DNA of 51,064 nt from Octopus bimaculoides (GCF_001194135.2 NC_068995.1:27642382-27693445); one strand, 5' to 3'. Shown: positions 1 through 12,399, numbered from the stretch's first letter. Notes: generated by a model not told the origin, from the sequence alone. A program made the numbers and translations.

Positions 1-59
1 AAAATTGCATCTCGGTAACATGTGCTTTTACAGAATAATATTCAGCACTGAATATATTC

Positions 60-245
60 TAATTATTTATAATATAATATAGGATAAAATCTTTATAAGA
101 ATTTATCAAGTAGTCAGCGTGAAAAAACTCATAAGGAAAATAACCCATCGTTTTTTTCCGTAAATATATATAATTTATATAAGGGCATTACTATATAATA
201 ATGCCTCACGCTTAGAGGGACTGAATAAGTCAAAAACTACCAAAA
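60..245 (+). repeat. Interspersed repeat fragment, probably Penelope-associated; second copy at ~41630-41815
   Basis: Shared 'aataggataaaatctt...gggcattactata..ataatgcctcacgct' segment; the second copy lies inside the Penelope remnant. Confidence 0.55.
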
Positions 246-249
246 GTAA

Positions 250-610
250 CGCCAATCGCTCTGAGAGTGTAGTGGGTGCTTTTACATGTCACCGGCACAA
301 AGGCCGGTACTGGCAACGGTCGCGCTCAAAATGGTGTATTTTACGTGCCACCTGCACAGGAGCCAATCTAGAGGCACTGGCAATGTTCTCGCTTGAATGC
401 CTTTACATGTGCCACCGGCACAGGTGCCAGGAAGGCGACGCTGGGCACAGGTGCCATTACGATTTCACTTTTGCTTGCCCAAACAAGTCTTTGCAAGCCG
501 AGTTTAGTGTCCAATGAAGGAGACGACGTTGGCATGGGAGCCACTCGTCGAATTTAGTTCAATTTCGATTACACTTGCCTCAACAGGTCTTCGCAAGTGG
601 GGTTTAGTGT
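250..610 (-). mobile_element. SINE/RTE-associated repeat with tandem GGCACGTAAAAGCAC-like units
   Basis: Similar to 3250-3457, 38900-39160, 39770-40030 and 50752-51064; repeated '(gc)ttttac(a/g)tg(t/c)cacc' motifs. Confidence 0.6.
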
Positions 611-659
611 CCAATGAAAGAAGGTACACATAAATGGGCTAGCTATACCCCTGGCAGAG

Positions 660-2537
660 GCCTTGGATTTAGGTCTCACTTGGCTTGCCGGGTCTTCACA
701 CGCACAGCATATTTCCAAAGGTCTCGGTCAGAAGTCATTGCCTTGGTGATGCCCAATGTTCGAAGGTCGTGCCTCACCACCTCATCCCAGGTCTTCCTGG
801 GCCTACCTCTTCCACTGGTTCCCTCAACTGCTAGGGTGTGGTAATTTTTCACACAGCTATCCTCATCCGTTCTTGCCACATGACCATACCAGCTCAATCG
901 TCCCTCTTGCACACCACAATTGATGCTTCTTAGGTTCAACTTTTCTCTCAAGGTACTTACACTCTGTCTGGTATGCACACTGACATTACACATCCATCGG
1001 TGCATACCGACTTCATTCCTTGCGAGCCTACGCATGTCCTCAGCAGTCACGACCCATGTTTCATTGCCATGTAGCATGGCTGTTCGTACACATGCGTTAT
1101 ACAGTCTGCCTTTTACTCTGAGTGAGAGGCCCCTGAACTTTGCCCAGGTTATTCTTATTCTAGCAGCTTCACTTTCAACACACCCTCCACCACTACTAAC
1201 ATGGTCACCTAGGTAGCGGAAGCTATCAACTACGTCTAGTTTTTCTCCCTGGAATGTGGCCAAAGTTGTTTTCTGCACATTTTCACTTTTTATTGCTCCT
1301 GAACATCTGCCACATACAAAAACTAACTTCCTAGTAAACCTTCCTTTGATATTGCTGCACCTCTTATGTGTCCATGGCTTGCACTGGGTACATCTTATAG
1401 AGTTTCTACCTACACCTTTTCTACAGATCGAGCAGGGCCATCTACCTGAAGGGGTTTGTGGTTTGTCTACCTTCCTACTTAGGACTTTGGTTTTAACTAG
1501 GTTTACTCTAAGGCCCTTCGATTCTAGTCCTTGCTTCCACACCTGAAACTCCTCCTCTAGTTCTGATAGTGACTCAGCAATGAGTGCAAGGTCATCAGCA
1601 TAGAGGAGCTCCCAGGGGCATCCTGTTTTGAAATCCTGTTATCGCCTGGAGGACTATGATAAATAGGAGGGGGCTGAGGACAGAACCTTGGTGGACACTA
1701 CCCGGAATTCTTCACTGTACTCGTTGCCAACCCTCATCTTACTGACAGCGTCCCTATACATGGCTCACACAGCTCTCACTAACCATTCATATATGCCTAG
1801 TTTCCTCATTGACCAGCAGATAAGGGATCAAGGGACCCTGTCAAAGGCTTTCTCTATGTCAATGAAAGCCAGGTACAGAGGTTTATCTTTGGCTAGGTAT
1901 TTCTCCTGCAGCTGTCTTACCAGAAATATAGCATCAGTGGTGCTTTTGCCTGGCACGAACCCAAACTGCATCTCATCTAGACTGACTCTCTTCCTAATTA
2001 GTTGGAGTATGACCCCCTCCGTGACTTTCATTACCTGATCTAACAACTTGATACCTCTGTAATTATTTGTATCTAAAGCATCACCTTTACCTTTGTAGCA
2101 GTTGACTATTGTGCGGCTACACCAGTCATTGGGTGTGACTCCTTCGTGTATCACCTGGTTAACAATACAGGTGACTAGGCTATAGCCGACACTGCCAGAT
2201 ATTTTGAGCATCTCTGCAGTGATTCTTGATGGGCCGGGGTCCTTCCTTGTCTTCATACTCTTAATTGCTTTATATACAATGGTACTGTCAACTCAGATAG
2301 CTGGTCCCTCTGTTGGGTTGACATTCGGCAGACTCTCTTTCTCCCATTCATTCTCTTTATTGAGCAACCTTTCATATTGGCATCTCCAAACTTCTTTCTT
2401 TGCAGCCTCGTTTAGTGCAAGCGTACCATCATCCATGTGAACACATTTCTCTCCCATGACATCACGATTTTCTCTCACACACTGTCTTGTAAAACGAAAT
2501 ACATCAAGTCTTTGGTCCTCATGGTGCAGAACACTGG

Positions 2538-2540
<3 letters not shown>
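660..2540 (-). mobile_element. RTE-clade LINE, broken ORF (reverse transcriptase with PHD-like Cys/His insertion)
   Basis: ORF pieces contain GKGDALDTNNYRGIKLL, QFGFVPGKSTTDAIF, AFIDIEKAFDRVP, FRYLGD and GRGRPRKTW; there are stops and frameshifts between pieces; the 5' side ends at (TA)n and a gap. Confidence 0.9.

Positions 2541-2573
<33 letters not shown>
2541..2573. repeat. (TA)n microsatellite at gap edge
   Basis: Direct reading. Confidence 0.95.
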
Positions 2574-3249
2574 NNNNNNNNNNNNNNNNNNNNNNNNNNN
2601 NNNNNNNNNNNNNNNNNNNNNNNNNNNNNNNNNNNNNNNNNNNNNNNNNNNNNNNNNNNNNNNNNNNNNNNNNNNNNNNNNNNNNNNNNNNNNNNNNNNN
2701 NNNNNNNNNNNNNNNNNNNNNNNNNNNNNNNNNNNNNNNNNNNNNNNNNNNNNNNNNNNNNNNNNNNNNNNNNNNNNNNNNNNNNNNNNNNNNNNNNNNN
2801 NNNNNNNNNNNNNNNNNNNNNNNNNNNNNNNNNNNNNNNNNNNNNNNNNNNNNNNNNNNNNNNNNNNNNNNNNNNNNNNNNNNNNNNNNNNNNNNNNNNN
2901 NNNNNNNNNNNNNNNNNNNNNNNNNNNNNNNNNNNNNNNNNNNNNNNNNNNNNNNNNNNNNNNNNNNNNNNNNNNNNNNNNNNNNNNNNNNNNNNNNNNN
3001 NNNNNNNNNNNNNNNNNNNNNNNNNNNNNNNNNNNNNNNNNNNNNNNNNNNNNNNNNNNNNNNNNNNNNNNNNNNNNNNNNNNNNNNNNNNNNNNNNNNN
3101 NNNNNNNNNNNNNATATATATATTATATTTATATGTATATATATATGCATATATATAGTTGTGGGTCAGTGCCGCTAGACATGTATATATATTTAATATT
3201 TATATGTATATATATAAATATATATAGTTGTGGGTCAGTGCCGCTAGAC

Positions 3250-3457
3250 TGGCTCCCGTGCAGGTGGCAAGTAAGAAATACCTCTTTGAGCGTGGCTGTT
3301 GCCAGTACCGTGTGACTGGCCCTCGTGCTGGTGGCATGTAAAAGCACCCACTACTCCCTCGGAGTGGTTGGCGTTAGGAAGGGCATCCAGCTGTAGAAAC
3401 TCTGCCAGATCAGATTGGAGCCTGATGGCTTGCCAGTCTTCAGTCAAATCGTCCAAC
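3250..3457 (+). mobile_element. SINE/RTE-associated repeat copy
   Basis: 'ggcatgtaaaagcaccc...ggcgttaggaagggcatccagctgtagaaactctgcc' recurs several times in the window. Confidence 0.7.
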
Positions 3458-3468
3458 CNNNNNNNNNN

Positions 3469-3527
<59 letters not shown>
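3469..3527. repeat. (AT)n microsatellite
   Basis: Direct reading. Confidence 0.95.
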
Positions 3528-3533
<6 letters not shown>

Positions 3534-3809
3534 CATACATATATGACGTGTTCACTGACAAAATTCTTCATGAAGCATGGCATTTTTGTCAGTGAACAGG
3601 TTACAGTCTCAAAATGAAAATATTTTGATGAATTAAATTTAAATGTTGAAGTGAATTTAACGGTTTTAATGTGTTTGTAAACATCTTCCATGCTGCAATT
3701 GCTTTTGTTGTAGCACACGATCTCAGATCAGGTCACTTGTTATGAAAGTACATTTCCGTAATATATGTGTGTGTGTGTGTGTTTAGAAATCTTTAAGAAA
3801 TGGAAATAC

Positions 3810-3891
3810 GAAAACTATCGAGTATTGTACTTCCGCTTTATCTCGCGCATGATTTCTTGTCTTTCCGTTTGCTGACTTTGTCTGGGTGAGT
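3810..3891 (+). promoter_or_regulatory. RPL32: Probable ribosomal-protein-type core promoter and non-coding first exon (TCT initiator at ~3861, donor GTGAGT at 3886)
   Basis: CTTCCG (ETS-like) at 3830, TCTCGCG at 3841, pyrimidine initiator gTCTTTCC, then a ~25-nt exon ending TGG|GTGAGT. Linking it to RPL32 is inference. Confidence 0.55.
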
Positions 3892-5228
3892 TGGTCTTAA
3901 TTTTTTTCTCTGTATAATCGGATTACAAATTTGTATTTTCTGTTCATCATATATATTTTTCAATTTCATAATAATCATGTATAACTACTGCGTCATACTG
4001 TTAATTTTTTTTCGTGATTTTAATTAATTGATGAAAGTTATTGATGCAAATGCTACCGGCCACTGTTAATGATCGAAATAGCCATTAGCGAGTTTTGTTC
4101 GTCATGTATAATTTCATTTACTATGAATTGTGATCTTTAGTAGGAGATATACTTTGGAATGGGTAACTATTTGCTTCATTGTTTTTAAGCTGAGGAAGAA
4201 AATTTTCTTCAATGGTGAATGAATGTTGAAAAAGCAATTCATGCGTTTCAAGGGAAGTCACTTCTTACAAATTGAATAGTGTCCAGATAATGTAATTTTA
4301 ATTGGTGATTTCATGCTATTTATGTCGATTAGTGTTTCTCACAGACCTAGAAATCACACAGAAGATTCCTCTTAGGCTGGGATAAGTTTGTCGCTAGTTT
4401 TTGTAGAGCTTCATTGCCTACAATCGTAGGTGTTTTCCACCTAATGTTTGTTTTTTTACTATTTCTCAAAATTTTAACCGCGAAATGCATATTGAGAGTA
4501 ATGCAAATGTTATTTCTAGCGTGTCGTTGGTAAACTTCGATCCTGCTGACCTATGATCGAATATATCAAACCTATAACTATACGCCTGCTTCGCTGGTTC
4601 GAATCGGCAAAAAAAATAATAACTTGGGTAATTGACTAACACCCATCCATACCTAATTTTCGACGTTTTCCACTTGCTTTTTGGTATTTACCCAGCCTCT
4701 TCATTTTTCGGTCAGTTTCATTCAGTGTTGTAAATGAAAACTTGTTACAAATCGTTCAAAATTTTGCGAAAGTTAGGTATTGAGTTTTCATTCTTTTATG
4801 TCGATTTGTCACTTTATTCAATAAAAATTGGTTTCCTTAGAAATAAATGCCACGTGTTGTCGGTTGTCCTAGAGTGTGTACCACTTAGAATGTTTTGAAA
4901 TTATAAATAAGCAGTCGAAGGCGGAGGTAAGAGATGTGCACACGCGGCTTTTAGAGATAGGGTTATTCCGCTATACAAGGTACGCTATGAAAAGGAAAGA
5001 AAATAGTTAATGTTTACTTTGACTATGGGTGAACAAAACAAGTGTAGAAGAGTGTATATTAAACGAATATGTAAAAAAATGCGCCACCGAACCGGGGGGG
5101 GGGGGTTGCAGAGAGGACTTCAGGAAAATGGATATCTAAATTTCATAGAGTACAATTATAAAGAAATTTGTGGGGAAAAAATTTTCCGGCGAAGGGAAGA
5201 GTGGAGAAAGAAATTCATAAATTATTTC

Positions 5229-5830
5229 GGTACTATTTAAGAAGAGTTGTACCGGTGTGCGCATCCAAGCTAGCTAGTCGCGACTAGTCGATCCTACGAT
5301 GACTGTGATGCGCGAAACTTGTATGAGGGTTTTTTAAAACAAAGTAAATAATTTTACTTTGTCGAATCTTCTCCATCTTACTCTTAAAACGTCGTTTTAC
5401 GTTCTTCCAGGGTATATTTTGGTGTCAAATTTAGTGTAAAAAAATTATTTACTTTTCGAAAACCCTCATGTTTTGCGCACCACTTTTGAATTAGTACCCA
5501 ATTCAGTGGCACTCGAGATAAGAAATAAAAAAAAAAAACCTCAACGTATAAATATGGGTAAACTGTAAATTGGGTGTATCTAATAAAACAAATTTTGAAT
5601 TTTAAAAAATATTTTAGTCAAATTTAGTCGTAAAGAAAAGTGAAAAATTAAACGAATTTTGAAATAGAATATTCAAAAGTTAACCAGTCTGAAATATGTT
5701 TTAGAATGTTCTGGAAACATTCATCCCCAGTTTTCCCATATCTCCTCCCTACCAGAAACTGAATGTTACTCGAAAAATGCAAAGCGCAGATTCAAGAGTA
5801 TGATGGGAGTACACAACCCCACTCCTATGT
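5229..5830 (+). mobile_element. Merlin (IS1595/ISXO2-like) DNA transposon fragment
   Basis: Starts GGTACTATTTAAGAAG (TIR-like); 5320-5430 matches the reverse complement of 8720-8857; 5757-5820 translates ETECYSKNAKRRFKSMMGVHN, matching the transposase at 8005-8454. Confidence 0.75.
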
Positions 5831-6094
5831 ACGGTTTATACATGTGGAGGGTTTTTTTTTTATCGCGGGTGCCAGTGTCTTATTCGTGTGCGTACGCCAG
5901 TCCCCCTTTAATTTTGCTCCAATTGCTTTTAATTTTGGTGTGTCGATGCAACAATGAATTTTGATAACAATCAACCAGTTACTTTATTTTATTAGGAAAT
6001 TTGGGTAATTTTAGCCAATCATCAGGCAGATGTTAATACAGTTTCTTGGCATTATCAAGGTGAATGGAATACGTGTACTTATACAGATAACTTG

Positions 6095-6460
6095 TTTCAG
6101 TCATTTGACTGCGGCCATGCTGGAGCACCGCCTTTAGTCGAATCAAAACGACCTCAGGACTTGTTCTTTGTAAGCCATGTGCTTATTCTATCGATATCTT
6201 TTGCCGAACCGCTAAGTTACGGAGACCTGAACACACCGACATCGGATGTCAAGCGATGTTGGGGGAACAAACACAGATACACATAATGTATATACATATA
6301 TGCGGCGGGCTTCTTTCAGTTTCCGTCTACCAAATCCACTCAAGGCTCTGGTCGGCCACAGGCTATAGAAGACACTTGCCCAAGGTGCCACGCAGTGGGA
6401 CTGAACCTAGAATCGTGTGGTTGGTAAGCAAGCTACTTACCTCACAGCCACTCCTGCGCC
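6095..6460 (-). mobile_element. tRNA-derived SINE, near full length
   Basis: Minus-strand head GGCGCAGGAGTGGCTGTG..GGTAAGTAGCTTGC with B-box-like GGTTCAGTCCC; related copies at 24990, 32030, 33770. Confidence 0.8.
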
Positions 6461-7499
6461 TATTCATTTTAATATTTAGACAGCGGGTTGGGTCGGAGTT
6501 TAACATAAAAATTTGATTCTGTTTACTTTTTCCATAGTTAACCAGTAGATTGATGGGAGAGAAAAAAACTTTAATTTCACATGANNNNNNNNNNNNNNNN
6601 NNNNNNNNNNNNNNNNNNNNNNNNNNNNNNNNNNNNNNNNNNNNNNNNNNNNNNNNNNNNNNNNNNNNNNNNNNNNNNNNNNNNNNNNNNNNNNNNNNNN
6701 NNNNNNNNNNNNNNNNNNNNNNNNNNNNNNNNNNNNNNNNNNNNNNNNNNNNNNNNNNNNNNNNNNNNNNNNNNNNNNNNNNNNNNNNNNNNNNNNNNNN
6801 NNNNNNNNNNNNNNNNNNNNNNNNNNNNNNNNNNNNNNNNNNNNNNNNNNNNNNNNNNNNNNNNNNNNNNNNNNNNNNNNNNNNNNNNNNNNNNNNNNNN
6901 NNNNNNNNNNNNNNNNNNNNNNNNNNNNNNNNNNNNNNNNNNNNNNNNNNNNNNNNNNNNNNNNNNNNNNNNNNNNNNNNNNNNNNNNNNNNNNNNNNNN
7001 NNNNNNNNNNNNNNNNNNNNNNNNNNNNNNNNNNNNNNNNNNNNNNNNNNNNNNNNNNNNNNNNNNNNNNNNNNNNNNNNNNNNNNNNNNNNNNNNNNNN
7101 NNNNNNNNNNNNNNNNNNNNNNNNNNNNNNNNNNNNNNNNNNNNNNNNNNNNNNNNNNNNNNNNNNNNNNNNNNNNNNNNNNNNNNNNNNNNNNNNNNNN
7201 NNNNNNNNNNNNNNNNNNNNNNNNNNNNNNNNNNNNNNNNNNAGGCTAGTTAATCTTTGTTTTTTGTTCCCCTGTGCGGATCTTTATATTGACCTTAACT
7301 TACACATTTTACCGGAAGTTATGACGGTTTTTTTTTTTATCAAAAACATTTGACTTCAGGTATTTCCGTGATAGTTGCTGAAATAGGTGAAGAAAGTTAA
7401 TGGGTTGTTTGTGCCTGTTCTGTTTTTATGTGTTGTGGAATATAGATATAACGAAATTATGCCAGCAATATCTCATTTTAAACTGGAAGAAAAAAAGCC

Positions 7500-8857
7500 G
7501 GTACTATTCAAGAAGTGTGGTCCCGGTGCGCGCTAGTGAGTCCTGACTAGTCGATCCTACGACTACATAGCGTGAGTGCGCGTCTCGCGCAAAACATGTG
7601 CGGGTTTTTCTGGTACTATTCAAGAACGGTCCTAGTGCGCATCCGCGCTAGCTAGTCGTGAGTAGTCGATCCTACGACTACCTAGTGCGTGTGTGCTCGT
7701 ACCCAAATTAGTAGATGCGCGCATGCGCAGAACGCATGTATCTAGAGGCTGAATATAATGAAATAAAATGGGTTTTTTCTTTAACAAAACAAAGTAAATA
7801 TCTTTTTTATGCAAAGTAACAAATAGGTTTTTTTATGAAAATAACAATAATACGTTATTTTTGTAAATAACACAAAAGCACAAAGTAAATAAATTTTTTT
7901 TTTCTTAATACTTTTAAAAAAATTATTTAAACAACAAATCAAATTAAATAAAAATAACACACTACCTCTTTTTGGTAACTCGACAGCGAAGATTAGTGGA
8001 AAATTCAACTTTCAAGAACGCTACCGAAATTCCACGTGAATGTGAACCATTCTGAAAGGTGCTTCAGAAAGTTTTCAAAACATTCATTTCCCGTTTTACC
8101 ATACTGTTCTCTCCAAAGAAATTCGTCGAGATGCGATTCGACCATGTCCGTGTGTACCCCCATCATAGTCTTAAATCGTTTTGCGTTCTTCCAATAACAC
8201 TCAACCGAATTGGTATGAACACCTGTTGTCGGATCAACAAAATTTTCAGAATGGTTCACCTTGAAATTGGTATATTTGGGGGTCACATCTATTTCAGTAA
8301 TCCCATTATAGGCACTCCAACAATCAGAATACACAGTAGTACCTGGTTTGATAAATTTCTTGATAAGGGGTAGAAGAGTTTCCAAAGAACGGTCAGGTAC
8401 AAAGACTAGAAATCCTTTTTTTATCCTCTCTATCCCATCCTCCAAAAAACCCACCTCTCCTGTGACATTCTACCTCTGTTGTATTTACGCTTGCACATCA
8501 TAGATTCATCTATTTCAACGATGTTCCCAAGTCCACCAATTTGGTAGGGGTTATGCAGGAGATAATTGCTTGTAATGTACTGGTACCATTGAACAACAGT
8601 AGATTTTGAGAGACCAGTCATCTCAGATGATGTATGAAGGGCTGCATTATGGGACCATAAATACGTTAGAAGGATAAAATCCTGTAATCGAATTCGAACA
8701 CGTGTGTAATTAGTGTGACACCAAAATAAACTCTGGAAGAACCTATAACGATGTATTAAGAGTAAGATTTAAAAAAGAAAATTCATTTACTTTGTTTTTT
8801 AAAAAAAAACCTCATGTTTTGCACATTCGCACTAGATAGTCGTTCTTGAATAGTACC
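7500..8857 (-). mobile_element. Merlin DNA transposon with TIRs and degenerate ISXO2-type DDE transposase
   Basis: TIR GGTACTATTCAAGAAC at 7612 (extra copy at 7500) and its reverse complement ending at 8857; ORF pieces IVEIDESM, PGTTVYSDCWSAYNGI, VNHSENFVDPTTGVHTNSVECYW. Confidence 0.9.
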
Positions 8858-9970
8858 TCTATTGAAGTTGGCGTGAATCGGAAGAATTGGTGTGTGTGTG
8901 CTTGTGAGTCTGTGTACAAAACGAAAATAAAATGAAAGATTTTAAGTTCCAAACGTCTCTGCATCTAAGGGCTTCCTGATTCATACCTAACAAGAATTGA
9001 ATTATGGGCCTGCATTTATATAATACATTTCAAAACATAATATAAGCGAAAAGAAAAAAATTAATAAAAACGTATCTTTGAATCTGATCATAAAATCGCC
9101 AACAAACATTAAAAAAATAAACCAAGAGAAAGAATAGTTACTAGCAGGAACAAAGTTGTAGCACTTATGCAGACACACATACACAGTCGGAACGCCAACT
9201 TGAAAAGAATTTCCCAGATCCATTTGTATGCTCTCTCTCTCTCTCTCTCTCTCACTTTTACGCAGCCTCACACTGATATTTAAAAAAATTTATAATTTTA
9301 CACTAACACTGAGCCAATCAAAGGCTTGTGAGTGGATATGGTAGGCAGGTGCTGAAGAAAGCTTTTGTTTGTACGTTGGTATTTCCTTGTCTTGGTATCA
9401 CATAAAAGTTGCAATGTGTGTCATTGTTACACAGCATTGTTCTTTGTTTCCAGTCTGTGAAAATGTAAGTCCTGTGCAGACAATATACTAATGAGTTGAT
9501 TGGATAAGTTTACATTTTATCTGTCTGTCGACCTTGCATGAAATTGCTTGCTTTAGTATGTATTATGAAATAAATGGCATTCATTCACTGAAACAAGGTA
9601 ACAATTTATTGGTGATGTTTACACTGCTATTTCAGCACATTGGTTAGGTTCCTGCTTGGTTTATTGCTGGGGTGATCACTTGGACAACTACATATGTATA
9701 TATTACAAACTGGTAATATTTGAAAAATGAAAGCAAAATTTCCAGATTATTCAAGTATTGGGGTATGGAGCTGAAACAATCAGGCACTTGTCTTGTCAAA
9801 TACCATATCAAGAGAGAATTTGTGGCAGTGTGCTAGAATGCTAAATGTATTTTACCTTATTTATTATATTTCATTCTTAGTGTGTCTTTCTTTCCTCTAC
9901 CTTTATTGTAATCTATTCAAATTTTTCTTTTCTCTCTCTCTCTCTCTCTCCTTTAGTTTATTGAACAAAA

Positions 9971-10060
9971 ATGGTGCGCCCACTCCATAAGCCAACTATT
10001 ATCAAGAAACGTACCAAAAAGTTTATCAGACATCAGTCTGATAGGTATAAAAAACTGAAG
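9971..10060 (+). CDS. RPL32: 60S ribosomal protein L32 (eL32), coding exon 1
   Basis: [30 protein letters not shown]; acceptor ctttag before 9957, donor gtttgt at 10061. Confidence 0.97.
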
Positions 10061-10146
10061 GTTTGTTTTATGGTGTTTTTTGTTGGATTTTTTTGTGTGC
10101 CTGTAAAAACTTTTATGTAAAACATGTCTTTCATTTAACATTTTAG

Positions 10147-10299
10147 TCAAACTGGCGTAAACCTAAGGGAATTGATAATCGAGTACGACGGCGGTTTAAA
10201 GGTCAATACTTGATGCCAAATATTGGTTATGGTTCAAATAAAAAAACCAAACATATGCTACCTGATGGATTTAGAAAGTTTTTAGTTCACAATGTTCGA
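10147..10299 (+). CDS. RPL32: 60S ribosomal protein L32, coding exon 2
   Basis: [51 protein letters not shown]; AG/GTAAGT boundaries, phase 0. Confidence 0.98.
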
Positions 10300-10469
10300 G
10301 TAAGTATCTTGATCTTTATTTGCTGTTGTAAAATTTTCAAACCCTTTTTATTTTATTTATTTTCTAATTTTTCTACATCAACCTCTTTCTGGAATTCAGC
10401 TTCTCTTGCACATTACATTTCATATCTTTTATGCCCAAATTTTCATAAGTTTTTTTGTGCGTACTGAAC

Positions 10470-11270
10470 TGCATCCACCAGATGCAATGCACATGTATTA
10501 TACAATCTGCCCTTCGTTGTCAGCAGAAATAAAAGCTCTTTGAACTTTTCTCTACTCAGCTATTACTCTGGTTTCTAGATTTTGAAATATTCGCCTCCAC
10601 TGCTTCTTGTAACTGTCAATGACTTGTAGAAATCCTTCCAAGCATTTGAATTAAGCTCTCTCTATGTCTACCTTGGTATTCTTCCCCACAAATTGTTTCT
10701 GCTTCTGAAGCATGTTGTACTCCATGTGTGTCATATTTCCATGTCAATTCAGTCTTTTTCCCTATCCACTGCATGTTAAACTTTTTGTTTTTCTTTCCCC
10801 CTTCTCATTTGTTCTGTTGCTTTTTACACTAGCGTACAATGGAGCGGAATCTATAGCAAAAGTCTTTCCAGGTGCCCTGAAAATACTATTGTGGATCTCC
10901 AATTTATTATGTTGTTGTGTCCCTAGATAATGGAAGCTTTCAACTATTTTTAGGAACTTGCCCAAGCACTTGAAAGGATTTTTGTTCTTGTTTGCTACAG
11001 CTAACTTTGGTATTTTCCGTTAGCCTGTCAGTGATCTCACTGCATCACTTACATATTGAGTGTGGCCACTTCCTGCTTTGCTGCAAAGAGAACACAAGTA
11101 CAGTTGTAAGCTCAGCTAATTTGAAGCTGGGTGACATGCATGAAATACGCAATTCTTTTTCAAACCTATCATTTTTCCGAAGTGTTTATGGCATTTCTTT
11201 GTATCTAGCCCTCCAAGAAAGTGAAGCAAATCTGAAGAAAAGTAATGCACGTTTCATTTGAGGAACTGAC
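10470..11270 (-). mobile_element. Unidentified degenerate coding remnant, probably transposon-derived
   Basis: Protein-like minus-strand stretches (TWKYDTHGVQHASEAETICGEEYQGRH; FEKELRISCMSPSFKLAELTTV) broken by stops; family not recognised. Confidence 0.35.
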
Positions 11271-11544
11271 TGCATTCACATGTGTATCTGCAAGAAGAAT
11301 CACTATATCCTTCGTTTTTCTTTTTTGTTTTTTTCCCATTTCCATTTATGTGTTGCATAATTCATTTCTGGTAATCACTCCAAAGGAAAGGGTATAAGGA
11401 GGTAATTTAACGATTTTGTTTCCTTGGAAAGACTGAGGCTAAATCTAATATCTTTCTACAATTATCTAAGGAGAACAATGGTTTACATAGTGAAATGTTC
11501 CATTTTCACGGATGTACTAGTGAGATTTGTGTTGAAAATTTCAT

Positions 11545-12390
11545 AAACCCTCTAGTGTTTAAACCAGTCAAAATTCCCCTTTATTTGTTTAAACCAACCA
11601 AATCCGGCTGTATCCAGCTGCTCGACGGAATCGCTAAAACATAAATCTAATATTGAATTCTTGTAGCTTTGAGATAATACGAGATGAAGCCTTTCCCACT
11701 TTTATTCAAGTATACTGTGAAATTGTTTAGATCGCATGGTTTTTTTTTAACATTTGAAGAGAAATCTGTATCTTAGTTTTTAACGGAATGGTGTCAGCAA
11801 GTAGTGATTCCAACTTTGAAAGTATTATTCTTGACGATATAGAAAATATAAATGAAAACGTATTTTGTCTTCAGATGAGGAATATTTTGAGAACAGAAGT
11901 GATGAAAATGATATCATAAACATGGTCAAAGGTTACAACACCAATCACTATTACGATTTCACAGCAAAGTGTCCACAACACAATTTACTGCCTGGTGCTC
12001 AACCATTTGGAAAGTTTGTTTTTTATGTTACGGAGGAAACAAGCAAATATGCGCAACATGGTTTCTATTTGTGGAAGAAACGATCCACTACAGCAGACAA
12101 CTTATACTGCAGAAATGAGTGTTTTTCTCAATCAATGTTATGTTTGGTGTTAAACAGTTTCCTCAACTGTGGATCGACTGGAGTCCTGAAGGCATGGTGA
12201 TCCAAATGTCTCAAGTATAGTGTTGAAGATGAGATATTTGAAAATATGTGTTTACATTTGATTCTGCTAATGTCCTGTAATTGGTTTATTTCTTAATGGT
12301 TATAAAACTGTATCTACCTGGGGAAAGTTTCACTGTAGATGAAGCCATGTTTGGCTGTAAGGGCAGAGTACATTTTCAGCAGTACTGGTG
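11545..12390 (+). mobile_element. piggyBac-like (PGBD4-type) remnant in RPL32 intron
   Basis: 12330-12390 translates FTVDEAMFGCKGRVHFQQY; acidic N-terminal remnant at 11865 (SSDEEYFENRSDEND). Confidence 0.65.
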
Positions 12391-12399
12391 AGCTTGTTG

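Noticed and set aside
3152-3249. Duplicated 'tatagttgtgggtcagtgccgctagac' units
   Set aside because: Only two copies, beside a gap in TA-rich sequence; probably local slippage or assembly error, and not a CRISPR-like array.
4030-4440. Short hairpins suggesting an intronic H/ACA or C/D snoRNA
   Set aside because: I could not place a consistent set of H and ACA, or C and D, boxes; needs snoReport or Infernal.
4575-4610. tRNA-Tyr-like T-arm 'cgctggttcgaatcggc'
   Set aside because: No D arm, anticodon arm or acceptor stem.
9530-9680. Hairpin plus ACA triplet in the RPL32 intron (snoRNA candidate)
   Set aside because: No ANANNA H box at the hinge, and the second hairpin is poor.
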